In this document: piece after piece, positions 46,696-56,805 of the stretch
How positions within the stretch are numbered: position 1 is the stretch's first letter
Layout: each line of letters begins with the position of its first letter
DNA from: ANME-2 cluster archaeon
GTDB lineage: Archaea > Halobacteriota > Methanosarcinia > Methanosarcinales > Methanocomedenaceae
Assembly (NCBI GenBank): GCA_014237145.1
Contig: JAAXOC010000089.1
Coordinates: 6,324 to 70,323 of the forward strand
Direction of reading: 5' to 3'
Length of the DNA stretch: 64,000 nt
Made by a program: the position numbers and the translations under genes
Notes under the pieces: generated by a model
Seen by the model: only the letters and a program-made list of their open reading frames with translations
Database searches by the model: none
What the model was told of the DNA's origin: nothing

Positions 46696-47304
46696 ATGAG
46701 CGATATGAAGAGAGAAGGAACGGCATTTATCGTCGGACACGCACAAAATTTTATGCTTGATGAAAAAGGACTAAATACAGCTTGGGGTGTTTGGAAGTAT
46801 GCCAAAGAAACAAGGATGATAGAAAATACAAAGAAAGCTATAGAAAAGGCAAGAGAAGCAAGGGTCCCAATAATTTATATCAAATTGGATATAAGACCAC
46901 AGGTTTTACCAAATATCGGTTTCTGGAAACAGGTTAAGGAGATCGACTTCACTAAAATAACCCCCAGCGAAGTCGAATTTCAATTTGGAATAGTGGAGGA
47001 ACTCGCCCCTCACCCAGAGGACTATATAGTCACTAACTACAATACCATGGATGGCTTTCATAATACAGATTTAGAGCAAATACTAAAGGCTTTAAAATGT
47101 GACACCCTGATCTTTACAGGAGTTGCAACAAACCTTTGTCTCGAAACTACCGTGAGAAGTGCTTTTAATAGGGGATATAATACCATAGTGCTCAGCGACT
47201 GTGTTGCTACGATGAATGAAGAGTTACAAAAGTTTCCCATAAATGTAATCTTTCCTATGCTGGGTGAGGTTACGACGGCAGAGAAACTTAAGATTACATC
47301 ATAA
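46696..47304 (+). CDS. Isochorismatase-family cysteine hydrolase
   Basis: 202 aa. LIFTGVATNLCLETTVRSAFNRGYNTIVLSDC contains the catalytic Cys region. Confidence 0.75.
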   Translation: MSDMKREGTAFIVGHAQNFMLDEKGLNTAWGVWKYAKETRMIENTKKAIEKAREARVPIIYIKLDIRPQVLPNIGFWKQVKEIDFTKITPSEVEFQFGIVEELAPHPEDYIVTNYNTMDGFHNTDLEQILKALKCDTLIFTGVATNLCLETTVRSAFNRGYNTIVLSDCVATMNEELQKFPINVIFPMLGEVTTAEKLKITS

Positions 47305-47383
47305 TCTGTGAAGATAGAAAACAATCCTGGAATGGCAAGGATGCCCCGCAATTCATTGCGGAGTGGCGAGGATGGGACTAGGC

Positions 47384-47575
47384 ATGACCCTTACACTTGA
47401 AACAATTCATGAAGATATATTATCGTTCAAAAGAGAGTTTGGCGGGGTAGTATCATATTTTGAAGAAGACAAAATGGAACTCTCATTTGAAATCAAAAAA
47501 CAGATAGAAGATTCCCGCAAAACACCAATTTTTGAGATGCGGACCCAGGAAGAAGTTGAAAAGGAATTCTTATGA
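47384..47575 (+). CDS. Small antitoxin-like protein
   Basis: I prefer the start at MTLTLETIHEDIL. It ends in an ATGA overlap with a short decayed ORF beginning MTFEILWDSK. Its 5' end is duplicated at 49257. Confidence 0.4.
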   Translation: MTLTLETIHEDILSFKREFGGVVSYFEEDKMELSFEIKKQIEDSRKTPIFEMRTQEEVEKEFL

Positions 47576-47723
47576 CCTTTGAGATTCTGTGGGACTCAAA
47601 AAACACATATATCACTCCCACCTCCCTATCAAACACTTTCACGCATTCCCGATCAGACCCATCCGACCAGCGCGCCTGGGCGCATCGTACACAAAGGTGT
47701 GGTTCTGCGCGCCCTATTCCTGA

Positions 47724-49058
47724 TCAGTGTATTTCCTGACCCAGCAGCCACTTCCACAGCGGCACAAACTCGATCGTCTTACCTTTAAAATCTTCCTCGC
47801 CCTCGTAATCCCATGTGATCACAAGCAGGTCGCCACATTCAAGTTCTTTTGATGCTTTCAGAATCGCTTTTAATTCCCGTTCTTTTGTGTCAAAATTGTC
47901 AATGTCATAGCATACCTGGATCAACTGCCTGACAGCCAGTCCTTCCTTCACAACGAAATCAACTTCTCGATGCTGGTAGTCTTTCCAGTAATAAACATCA
48001 ATAAAAGGATTTTTCAGTCTTTTGCGCAGCAACTGTGCAGCTACTGTATTTTCAATGAACTTCCCGTAGTTCGCCTGGAACCTGAACCCTACCGAATTTG
48101 CAAGACCTGTGTCAATTGAATATACTTTTCTCGGGGAGTTCTCCTGTTCCTTAAGGGAAAACGAGAAACGTCTTATGAAAAATACCAGGTTTGAAGCTTC
48201 AAGGTATTTGGAATAGGTTTCAACGGTCTTTACTGGCATTTTTATGAATTTCGAGATCTTATTGAATGTGATAGGCGACGAGATGTTAGTTAGATAATAT
48301 GTGCCAAGGAACTCCAGTTTATTGATGTTCCTGACCGACCATCTCTTTACAATATCCTTGTATAATATGTCCTCGTATATCTTCCTGATAATTAATAATT
48401 TCAGTTCACTGCTTGTCTCTATCACAACCTCAGGAAAACCGCCTGACTCCTCGTATACTTTCAAGCTTCTTATGATCTCATCTTTTCTGAGAATTATATC
48501 AGATGGTGTTCTCAGTTCCATGCCTGAGAAGTCCAGGAACTCCCTGAAAGATAAGGGGTACATGTTTATCTCAAGCGTTCTGCCAGTAAGTACTGTTGAA
48601 AATTCACCACTCATCAAGGCAGACGAGGAACCTGTGACTATGATGCGGGCTTCGTTCCTTTCCTGCAGGCTCCGGACGAACTTTTCCCATTTTGGGATAT
48701 CCTGTATTTCATCCAGTATCACCACAGGCTGCATCGACGGCTGCATGATCTCAAGGTATGCTTCGTAGGTGCTCTGAAGATGTTTCAGATCGAGCTCTTC
48801 TGAAAATGAGGGGTCCTCAAAGTTTATAATTAGTGTACTTTTTTCATCGTGTCCTTCTTCGATGAGCCTCTTTACGACCTGCCGTGTGAGAACTGTTTTT
48901 CCAGCTCTTCTTACACCGGATATCACAACGACCTTATTTGCTTTTGATCCAAGGTATTTTAAAGCCTGCTGAAGCTGCGATCTCTCTTTGCCGGTTTCAG
49001 GGATATTGGTCCAGAAGTTCCATCTTGAAAGAACTGCAATGATATCATCTTTTCGCAT
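47724..49058 (-). CDS. AAA-type ATPase of the archaeal DUF4143-containing class
   Basis: Walker A VISGVRRAGKT and Walker B VVILDEIQDIPKWE. I prefer the start at MRKDDIIAVL. Confidence 0.75.
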   Translation of the reverse strand: MRKDDIIAVLSRWNFWTNIPETGKERSQLQQALKYLGSKANKVVVISGVRRAGKTVLTRQVVKRLIEEGHDEKSTLIINFEDPSFSEELDLKHLQSTYEAYLEIMQPSMQPVVILDEIQDIPKWEKFVRSLQERNEARIIVTGSSSALMSGEFSTVLTGRTLEINMYPLSFREFLDFSGMELRTPSDIILRKDEIIRSLKVYEESGGFPEVVIETSSELKLLIIRKIYEDILYKDIVKRWSVRNINKLEFLGTYYLTNISSPITFNKISKFIKMPVKTVETYSKYLEASNLVFFIRRFSFSLKEQENSPRKVYSIDTGLANSVGFRFQANYGKFIENTVAAQLLRKRLKNPFIDVYYWKDYQHREVDFVVKEGLAVRQLIQVCYDIDNFDTKERELKAILKASKELECGDLLVITWDYEGEEDFKGKTIEFVPLWKWLLGQEIH

Positions 49059-49353
49059 AGTTTGTATTATGACACATGAATATTTAAGATTTTGTGTATT
49101 ACAATGCACAAAATCCTCATTTCGATCGGATTTACTTGGAGTACATCTGGTTATACCTGATAGAGGCTGTCTAACAATAACTCTCAGTGAATTTTTTTTA
49201 CTTTTTTTCGATTTTAAGCCCTGATCTAATTCGAAAAACCAGAAGGTGTATCAAGCATGACCGTTACACTTGAAACAATTCATGAAGATATATCTTCTTG
49301 TATCGTAAAAAAAGCAAGGTTAGTTGGAGAGACCGGTTTCGAACGTCTCCTGA

Positions 49354-50157
49354 TTAATTATCCTTATCCTTATCTATAATTTCCCTTTTTTTCCGTAACT
49401 TACGTATCTCATTTTTAAAATATATTGTCGTGACCAAAGACGCCACCAATAGCACCAGGCCCACGAATCCCATTATAGTAGGTAGTGATGACTTGTAATA
49501 TTTTACATGGATGAACTGATGGTTTGGATTGGGATTATCCCATATTAGCCACATCCTGTTCTGGTCGTCTAATTGTTTGGTGTCCGGTTTTGGTTTTGGA
49601 GAACCAAAGATTATATTGCCTGTATCATAACCCCTGGGCAACACCACGTTAACAGTCCCGTTCCTGGAAAGGATATGATAGAACAGGCCTTGTTCCACGT
49701 AATAAGTGTAAGCGACATAACCACTGATGGTGTCTGCAAATTCGAAATGTATATTTTTATTACGACTGGATTCATAATATGATACATTGTGCGAGACATT
49801 TGAAAATTGATTGATATTTGAAAAAACCGTTGATCTGCCAGTATTGCCAATGATCACCAGATTATCGATCCCTGGTCCCTTTTCAGACTTGACACCTGAA
49901 ATGTCTTTTAGCAAAACCACATCCAGTCTTGGTACGTTCACAACAGTGTGGATAGCCCTCACTGTCTTGTTCGTATACAAAAAAAATGTAGAGGAATTGG
50001 TGAATTTACCTTCCTGCACACTGAATTCATATGCAGAAAAATCACCCGGGTCAATTTGAATTTGTTCCGGGTCTTTACTTCCCAGACATCCATTTGAGGT
50101 GAATGCCATCATTATCAGGGCAATCAGGAGTAGAATTTTTAGTATTCTGTTTACCAT
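49354..50157 (-). CDS. Hypothetical cell-surface protein with signal/lipobox-like N-terminus and C-terminal TM anchor
   Basis: 267 aa. LLLIALIMMAFTSNGCLGS at the N-terminus. IMGFVGLVLLVASLVTTIYF followed by a basic tail at the C-terminus. Confidence 0.45.
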   Translation of the reverse strand: MVNRILKILLLIALIMMAFTSNGCLGSKDPEQIQIDPGDFSAYEFSVQEGKFTNSSTFFLYTNKTVRAIHTVVNVPRLDVVLLKDISGVKSEKGPGIDNLVIIGNTGRSTVFSNINQFSNVSHNVSYYESSRNKNIHFEFADTISGYVAYTYYVEQGLFYHILSRNGTVNVVLPRGYDTGNIIFGSPKPKPDTKQLDDQNRMWLIWDNPNPNHQFIHVKYYKSSLPTIMGFVGLVLLVASLVTTIYFKNEIRKLRKKREIIDKDKDN

Positions 50158-50176
50158 GGTATATTGACACCGGGCC

Positions 50177-51067
50177 CTACTTGTATCGAGATACTTTTGA
50201 GGCCCTGGGATCGATCTCGATTATCTGGATACCATCCCTGTAGACCCTGACTATTCCATCGCTCTCAGATGTAGTGACTGCTATTGCTTCCGTGTCCCGT
50301 GTGATGGCTGCGGCTGAAGCGTGCCGACCGCCCAGGCCTTTAACCATCTCCACTTCCCTTGCATTGACATCAAGATACCGGCCAGCTGCATGGATATATC
50401 CGTGGCTGTCCATGACAAATATCCCGTCCAGCTGGGCAAATTCCTTAACAGTCTCCCATTTTGCAGGATCGCGGATATTGAGTTCTTCTTTAGGATGGCC
50501 AAAAAAGGGATTCAACACAAGCTGGTGGGAACGTTTCATTACCTCTTCCATGTCACCGATTATAAAAGCAGTGCCCACAGGTTTTCCTTCCCTGCCATAT
50601 GCGCCCAGGTCCATGGCGATCATCAGGACAGATTTTAGGATATTCAGGTTGACCCGCTCCGAGCATGCCCTTAGTTCTTTAACTACAGGATTGGCTTTCA
50701 GGTCATGCACGACAATACTGGTTGTTTCGCCGTGTGAGACGATGCCCACTACGTGGTCTGCTGCCAGCATATTAGCAATAAATGCAATAACTGAAGCATC
50801 ACTTATGCGTTCTGACCCCAATGTTCCTTTATAATAAAGTGTCTCGGAGATGGCCTGGAGCCGCCCTGTGGAATCTTTTCCTTCTTCCACATTACTGGCT
50901 TCAAGGAGGTGATCGGCCGCCATCATTGCAGATGTGGAAGCAAGCATGACAGGGATATGGGTATCAATCTCAAGGGGCAGGTCGTTTGACATTATTATTA
51001 TGGCAGACGCAGATATCTCTTCGGCGATATTTACTGCGCTTTGGATTAAAAAGCTTTTTTCAACCAT
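50177..51067 (-). CDS. dacZ: Diadenylate cyclase, archaeal DacZ-like
   Basis: 296 aa. The C-terminal DAC domain has DGIFVMD, GLGGRHASAAAIT and AVTTSESDGIVRVY. The N-terminal regulatory domain has no TM segments. Confidence 0.75.
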   Translation of the reverse strand: MVEKSFLIQSAVNIAEEISASAIIIMSNDLPLEIDTHIPVMLASTSAMMAADHLLEASNVEEGKDSTGRLQAISETLYYKGTLGSERISDASVIAFIANMLAADHVVGIVSHGETTSIVVHDLKANPVVKELRACSERVNLNILKSVLMIAMDLGAYGREGKPVGTAFIIGDMEEVMKRSHQLVLNPFFGHPKEELNIRDPAKWETVKEFAQLDGIFVMDSHGYIHAAGRYLDVNAREVEMVKGLGGRHASAAAITRDTEAIAVTTSESDGIVRVYRDGIQIIEIDPRASKVSRYK

Positions 51068-51196
51068 AAGTAATTGCCCCTGCTTGTTCGTTCATTTGAT
51101 GCTCATCTTATCAACTTTAAATTATTTATATTAATCCTAAATCTTGTTTTTTCCACATCAATACACAGGAATATACCACTGGTTTATACCTATATT

Positions 51197-51275
51197 CACT
51201 ATCAATTATTCCTGATATGTCCACTATTCCTGATATGTCCATTGTCACTGATATGCCCACTATCCCTGATATGTA
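51197..51275. repeat. Four tandem copies of an 18-bp unit in the dacZ upstream region
   Basis: CACTAT(CAATTAT)TCCTGATATGTC, CACTATTCCTGATATGTC, CATTGTCACTGATATGCC, CACTATCCCTGATATGTA. They lie 130-210 bp upstream of the dacZ start codon. Confidence 0.7.
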
Positions 51276-51325
51276 CGCATAAAGGTCTGCTCAGATATCA
51301 GCCGAATTGTTTCCCGAGTGTCACA

Positions 51326-52261
51326 TCAAATCGGAAGCTGCATGGGTTCACCATCAAGATATACAGTGGGTCCGGTAATGATACCATCCAGGTGTATGCC
51401 TGCCACCACATCCCCGCCGAAGGCGCTGTTATCACCCAGGGCCACATGGACGGTGCCAGCCACTTTTTCATCCTCAAGTACATTGCCGATGAGATGTGCC
51501 TCCGGATTAATGCCGATACCCAGTTCTGCCAGGTTGCGGCCTGGTGGTCCAACACTATCGATCATTTCAATGAGCTTACCAGACGACTCACCCGTAATAT
51601 CAGTGGCCTGCCCGTCTTCGATCTTAATGGTCAGGGGCGAGTTTAGTATGCCAAGCCCGCTCATGGAACCATCCACCACAAAAACGCCATTGCCGCTTTT
51701 CGGGGCCACGAATACTTCACCAGCAGGCAGGTTAGTGGAATAACCCGGTTCATGGCAGATACCATGGTCAACCATCCATTCACATCCTTTTACATTAAAA
51801 ACAATATCAGTACCAATGTCGGTGGTTATCCTCACTTCATTCACACTGTCGAGCCTGGATTTCAGTTCAAAAGCAGTATCCTTTACAGACAGGTAATCGG
51901 CAGAAATGCCGCCCGATTCCATCATCTCAAGGCTTATCCCAGGCATGGTGGCTATACGTACGCCAGCCATTTTGGCATTGATCTTGGCCTGGGTATGGGT
52001 CAGGGACTTGCTGGTGGGCGCCAGTACAACGTCGGCAGCAGCCATTGCCTCTGCCACGGCCGGGGGTGGTTCCTGGCCGTGTACCTCCCTTGGCTCTATG
52101 TTCATAAATATAGGGTCACAGCCCAGCTCTAAGGCCCTGTCATACAATGCGCTGGCAATTGAAGGATGCGTGGCAGTATCTGTAATTATAAGTACAACCT
52201 CTTCAGGTTTCACTGCCATACAGGTTTCAAGTACGGTGCAAGTGCTGTTTTTTAGTGACAT
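51326..52261 (-). CDS. Aminopeptidase, M29/AmpS-like family
   Basis: 311 aa. NLPAGEVFVAPKSGNGVFVVDGS and AELGIGINP segments. Confidence 0.6.
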   Translation of the reverse strand: MSLKNSTCTVLETCMAVKPEEVVLIITDTATHPSIASALYDRALELGCDPIFMNIEPREVHGQEPPPAVAEAMAAADVVLAPTSKSLTHTQAKINAKMAGVRIATMPGISLEMMESGGISADYLSVKDTAFELKSRLDSVNEVRITTDIGTDIVFNVKGCEWMVDHGICHEPGYSTNLPAGEVFVAPKSGNGVFVVDGSMSGLGILNSPLTIKIEDGQATDITGESSGKLIEMIDSVGPPGRNLAELGIGINPEAHLIGNVLEDEKVAGTVHVALGDNSAFGGDVVAGIHLDGIITGPTVYLDGEPMQLPI

Positions 52262-52548
52262 GATTAATACTTTCCAGTGAGACTATCGGTAAAGCTTGAT
52301 TTTTAAACGTATAAGAAAGTATATACTTTCCTGCAGGCTTAGAAAATGGAAACGAAGTGAGCATTTTCTTGACATTTCACCTTTAGTGTCTAACCTTGAC
52401 AGCATATAGCTTTGTGCCTGGCACAGAGTCCAATTAATAAAGAACGAAAAATACAGTTGTATAAATAATTGGCTATGAATATCGGGTAATCCAAAATTTT
52501 ACCGATACCGATATATATTACAATATCCTATATCGGATAAGTAAAATC

Positions 52549-53493
52549 ATGTCTAATACCGATACCTCATTAATTCAGGAAAGTGTCCTTTCACATATTA
52601 ATGAAAAAATACAAATGTTGAATTCAAAACGGCCTCTACCAGTTGATGCTGTAAACAAATTACAAAAAGAGATTCGACTTTACCATACATACCATTCAAA
52701 TGCTATAGAAGGAAATACCCTTACACTTCCAGAGACAAAAATTGTTCTCGAAGAAGGCATAACAATCGGTGGAAAGTCAATAAAGGATCATCTCGAAGCT
52801 ACCAATAATGCAAAGGCGTTTGATTTATTGGAAGACATCGCTAAAAGCAATAAAGGAATAGATCATGTTGTTATACAGCATATCCATGAAATTGTTACTG
52901 CTGGTATTCTTGAGGAGGCAGGAAAATATCGTACTAAAAATGTAAGAATAACCGGTGCGATAAAAACACCTCCTGACTGGTCAAAAGTCATCATACTATT
53001 GGATGAATTGATCAATAAGATCGATCAAAGTAACATGCATCCTATTGAAACTGTTGCTTTTCTTCATCATAGATTTGTAGAGATTCATCCATTCATAGAT
53101 GGTAATGGGAGAGTAGCACGTTTGCTGACTAATTTATACTTAATTACCAAAGGTTATCCCCCTATAGTTATAACGACAGAAAATAGAAGGAAATATTATA
53201 AATTCCTTAAGTCGGCAGATAATGGAAACCTATCCCCGTTTGTTAATTTCATTGCTAAAGCTGTAGATGAGAGCATTACAATGTATCTGTCAATCTTCGG
53301 TGGAACTGATGAATTGCTGCCTCTAAAAGAACTTGCTAAGGAAACTACATATTCTCAGGAATACTTGAGCCTCCGGGCCAGACAGGGAGTTTTGGATGCA
53401 GTCAAGATTGGGAGAGTATGGTATTCATCAAAACGTGCTTTAAAAGAATACAGATTACAAAATGTTATTCCAAAAAGAAAATTAAACTTGTAA
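52549..53493 (+). CDS. Fic/Fido-domain protein with C-terminal DNA-binding-like tail
   Basis: 314 aa with the canonical Fic motif HPFIDGNGRVARLL. Confidence 0.88.
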   Translation: MSNTDTSLIQESVLSHINEKIQMLNSKRPLPVDAVNKLQKEIRLYHTYHSNAIEGNTLTLPETKIVLEEGITIGGKSIKDHLEATNNAKAFDLLEDIAKSNKGIDHVVIQHIHEIVTAGILEEAGKYRTKNVRITGAIKTPPDWSKVIILLDELINKIDQSNMHPIETVAFLHHRFVEIHPFIDGNGRVARLLTNLYLITKGYPPIVITTENRRKYYKFLKSADNGNLSPFVNFIAKAVDESITMYLSIFGGTDELLPLKELAKETTYSQEYLSLRARQGVLDAVKIGRVWYSSKRALKEYRLQNVIPKRKLNL

Positions 53494-53687
53494 ATTCAAT
53501 CGATTTATTTCAATTCTATTGGAATTTTATAGACCGGTTGCTTAAAGAGGGTACACCGGCAATACTCTCCGAACGCGGCGTGCCCCCTGTCCGTAAGGTG
53601 GAGCATAGTATGGAGCTTTTTCCCGCACCAGCATAAAAAGGTTTAACAAACCCAAAATGCAAAAAATACTAATGCTTATAATCCACT

Positions 53688-53903
53688 ATGACCACAATAC
53701 AGGTAAGCAATACCCTTCACAATGAACTAATCAAGAGAAAACTCTTTGACAGGGAGACATACGAAGAAGTTATCTGGGACCTGATAGAGGACACAAGTGA
53801 ATTGAACGACCAGACAAAAAGAGATATCGAAAAAGCCAGATCTGAAATAAAAGCCGGAAAGGTCCACACACTTGCACAGGTCAAGAAAGAGCTGGGATTA
53901 TGA
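53688..53903 (+). CDS. Small antitoxin-like protein
   Basis: 71 aa. Its stop overlaps (ATGA) the start of a 24-codon stub, MTYGIIFSDSALKQ..., that looks like a truncated RelE/ParE N-terminus. Confidence 0.5.
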   Translation: MTTIQVSNTLHNELIKRKLFDRETYEEVIWDLIEDTSELNDQTKRDIEKARSEIKAGKVHTLAQVKKELGL

Positions 53904-53974
53904 CATACGGGATCATATTCTCAGATAGTGCATTAAAACAAGAACAAAATCCTCCCTTTGGTCGGATTTTCTAA
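53900..53974 (+). pseudogene. Truncated RelE/ParE-like toxin stub
   Basis: MTYGIIFSDSALKQEQNPPFGRIF followed by a stop. Only about a quarter of the normal toxin length. Confidence 0.4.
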
Positions 53975-54027
53975 GTTCCCGATAGTTTCTCCACCACTTC
54001 CATTTCAATACCGCTTTTATCCCTTCT

Positions 54028-55971
54028 TCACTCCTTCTCAAGCATCCTCGCCTTCTCGACAAAAGCCAGAACCGTAATAACAAAAGTGGCATGAGCCCAT
54101 GTAAGCGGGCTGACACTTAAAGGACTTCCGTCAAAAGGATTCAACTGCTCCGCTAAAATACCGGTCTGGGTAGCACGATCGGTGACCCATAGCAAGATCT
54201 CCTCTGGTTTTTCCAGGTCGCTAATGCTCTCTGCTTTCTGGATATACCACTGGGCGACCCATAGTGTACAAATAAACCAGGGATTGCCTGGTATTTTCTC
54301 AGTATCGTACTCTAATACTTGGTGATACTTATCCCCATAGAACCGGGCAATGCCCCCTATATCCGTTTTTACAGAGAGTTTCTCCTCAATAGCCTTCATG
54401 GTATTGACCACCCTCACATCATCCGGGGGCAGCACCTTGAACTGTGAAAGGGCATACAGGCTGGCATCAACTGTCTCATCCCACGGATCGATGCTGCGCA
54501 GGAACCGCCCCAGTTCTTCATCATACAGATGTGTCTCGATCCCTGTTTTTATCTCATCGGCAGCCGTGCTGTATTTCCCTGCAAGGTCATTATCCCCGTA
54601 CAACCGTGCAAACCCTGCTGCACACTTCAGGCCTGCGTATACGGTCGAAGATGTATAGGTATGGACAGCCCTATGCTCCTCCCATAAGTTATAACTGGGT
54701 TTTGGAAGCCCGGTTGCAGGATCCCGGTACCTTGTCATGAAATCAGCAGCCGGTTTTACCATAGAATTATAGAGCTTATCGATCATTGCAATAGATCTGG
54801 TAGCTTTATAGTGGTTCCACAGGGACACGATTATAAGGGCAGTACTATCTTCCTGTATTGGAAGCTGTATATGTCCCTCAGGGGTGAGCCAGGGCATCCA
54901 GCCACTTGCAAGTGTACCTGTAGGATTGTATTTTTGCAGGAAATACCCATGCTCACTGATAAGGTCTTGACAGTACTCGAAAAAATTAGACACAATTCCG
55001 GAATAACGTGCCATGTCCAGCGACATGGCAATGAATGCACTGTCCCGCGGCCACATATAACTGTATGAATCCATGTTGAACCGTTCAAGGATGTCACTAT
55101 CATTGGCAGCGATGATCGCCCCTCCATTGTCGATCTGCGACCGTACTATAAGCAGGCTGTGTTTGAACAGGTCTGCCACCTTTGCTGGAAGGTCAAAAAA
55201 GTCATATTTCTCTTTATTGACCCATGAATGAAAGTACTGCCTGGTTTCGGCCATCATTTGTTCAGGAGTTCTTTCAAGTACCAGTTCATTGAGCCCCTTG
55301 ACATCATAAAATGTTTTTCCGGCCGCTATCCAGTAATACAGTGTTTTTGTCTCACCGGCTGCAAGATGCTGGGAGAACCTGATAAAACTGTTCACTGCTC
55401 CTACCTGGATTGAGTTCATATTAAGCTCTGCCGAGTGTATCATACCAGATTTGTTCTCTCCTTTGGGTCCTATCTCATACTGGTCGAAGTGTGGTGAGCC
55501 ATTGATAAGGAAATAGCGGCAGCGCTGGTAATGTATTATTGACTGCACTGCAGGATCATACACTCCTGTATCCCCCATCGGGTTCTCGTAAAGTGCAATG
55601 TCATGGGAGAAAAGCAGCTTTAGCTCGATATCCTCTGTGTCAGTATTGGTTATTACTATCCTGCGAATGAACACGTTCTCGAAAGGATGCACGCATTCGT
55701 TGAACCTCAAATTAATATCGAGCCGGTCGTTGCGGTAATAGGAGTCGGTTACTAATGTATCTTTCTTATAACCAAGTCTTGAGACCCAGTCATCTCCTAT
55801 CAGGGATACCAGGTCCTTGTTTTTCCCTTCGACCATCACTCCTACCCGGCAGTGGTGGCCGTTTACGTGGTTCTCATCCCCCACACGAGGAAAGTACATA
55901 TCCCGTATGCTTGCGTTCCTGTCAAGGTTCACTAACAGGGACCCATTTCCGATAACAAGAGGTTTTGGCAT
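54028..55971 (-). CDS. Glycoside hydrolase family 15 (glucoamylase/trehalase-like)
   Basis: 647 aa. YMWPRDSAF and SYNLWEEH catalytic-region motifs. N-terminal beta-sandwich plus (alpha/alpha)6 layout. Confidence 0.85.
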   Translation of the reverse strand: MPKPLVIGNGSLLVNLDRNASIRDMYFPRVGDENHVNGHHCRVGVMVEGKNKDLVSLIGDDWVSRLGYKKDTLVTDSYYRNDRLDINLRFNECVHPFENVFIRRIVITNTDTEDIELKLLFSHDIALYENPMGDTGVYDPAVQSIIHYQRCRYFLINGSPHFDQYEIGPKGENKSGMIHSAELNMNSIQVGAVNSFIRFSQHLAAGETKTLYYWIAAGKTFYDVKGLNELVLERTPEQMMAETRQYFHSWVNKEKYDFFDLPAKVADLFKHSLLIVRSQIDNGGAIIAANDSDILERFNMDSYSYMWPRDSAFIAMSLDMARYSGIVSNFFEYCQDLISEHGYFLQKYNPTGTLASGWMPWLTPEGHIQLPIQEDSTALIIVSLWNHYKATRSIAMIDKLYNSMVKPAADFMTRYRDPATGLPKPSYNLWEEHRAVHTYTSSTVYAGLKCAAGFARLYGDNDLAGKYSTAADEIKTGIETHLYDEELGRFLRSIDPWDETVDASLYALSQFKVLPPDDVRVVNTMKAIEEKLSVKTDIGGIARFYGDKYHQVLEYDTEKIPGNPWFICTLWVAQWYIQKAESISDLEKPEEILLWVTDRATQTGILAEQLNPFDGSPLSVSPLTWAHATFVITVLAFVEKARMLEKE

Positions 55972-56010
55972 TGTATCATAACCTTTAATGTAGATTACTT
56001 CTATAATAGT

Positions 56011-56696
56011 AGTTATTAAGTGATAGTTATTAAGTGATAGTTATTAAGTGATAGTTATTAAGTGATAGTTATTAAGTGATAGTTATTAAGTGATAGTTAT
56101 TAAGTGATAGTTATTAAGTGATAGTTATTAAGTGATAGTTATTAAGTGATAGTTATTAAGTGATAGTTATTAAGTGATAGTTATTAAGTGATAGTTATTA
56201 AGTGATAGTTATTAAGTGATAGTTATTAAGTGATAGTTATTAAGTGATAGTTATTAAGTGATAGTTATTAAGTGATAGTTATTAAGTGATAGTTATTAAG
56301 TGATAGTTATTAAGTGATAGTTATTAAGTGATAGTTATTAAGTGATAGTTATTAAGTGATAGTTATTAAGTGATAGTTATTAAGTGATAGTTATTAAGTG
56401 ATAGTTATTAAGTGATAGTTATTAAGTGATAGTTATTAAGTGATAGTTATTAAGTGATAGTTATTAAGTGATAGTTATTAAGTGATAGTTATTAAGTGAT
56501 AGTTATTAAGTGATAGTTATTAAGTGATAGTTATTAAGTGATAGTTATTAAGTGATAGTTATTAAGTGATAGTTATTAAGTGATAGTTATTAAGTGATAG
56601 TTATTAAGTGATAGTTATTAAGTGATAGTTATTAAGTGATAGTTATTAAGTGATAGTTATTAAGTGATAGTTATTAAGTGATAGTTATTTAGTGAT
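56011..56696. repeat. Near-perfect 14-bp tandem array, 49 units (AGTTATTAAGTGAT)
   Basis: 686 bp = 49 x 14. Only the last unit differs (AGTTATTTAGTGAT). The array fills most of the divergent GH15/GT4 intergenic region. Confidence 0.95.
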
Positions 56697-56805
56697 TGAA
56701 ATTAGGGGTTTTTCAATTCTATACAGTATATTACTTCATATACTTTAGTAACTGCGAGCGTTAGTGAGCAATTAATTGTGCACTACCCCTCAGGAAGACA
56801 GATAA

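Noticed and set aside
47579-47788. 69-aa ORF MRFCGTQKTH... downstream of the small antitoxin-like gene
   Set aside because: It is Pro/Ser/Thr-rich with no motif, overlaps the 3' end of the ATPase gene on the other strand, and lies in what looks like decayed toxin sequence.
56011-56696. The tandem array considered as a CRISPR locus
   Set aside because: The units are directly abutting 14-mers with no spacers. No cas genes or leader are nearby, and the repeat is far shorter than any CRISPR repeat.
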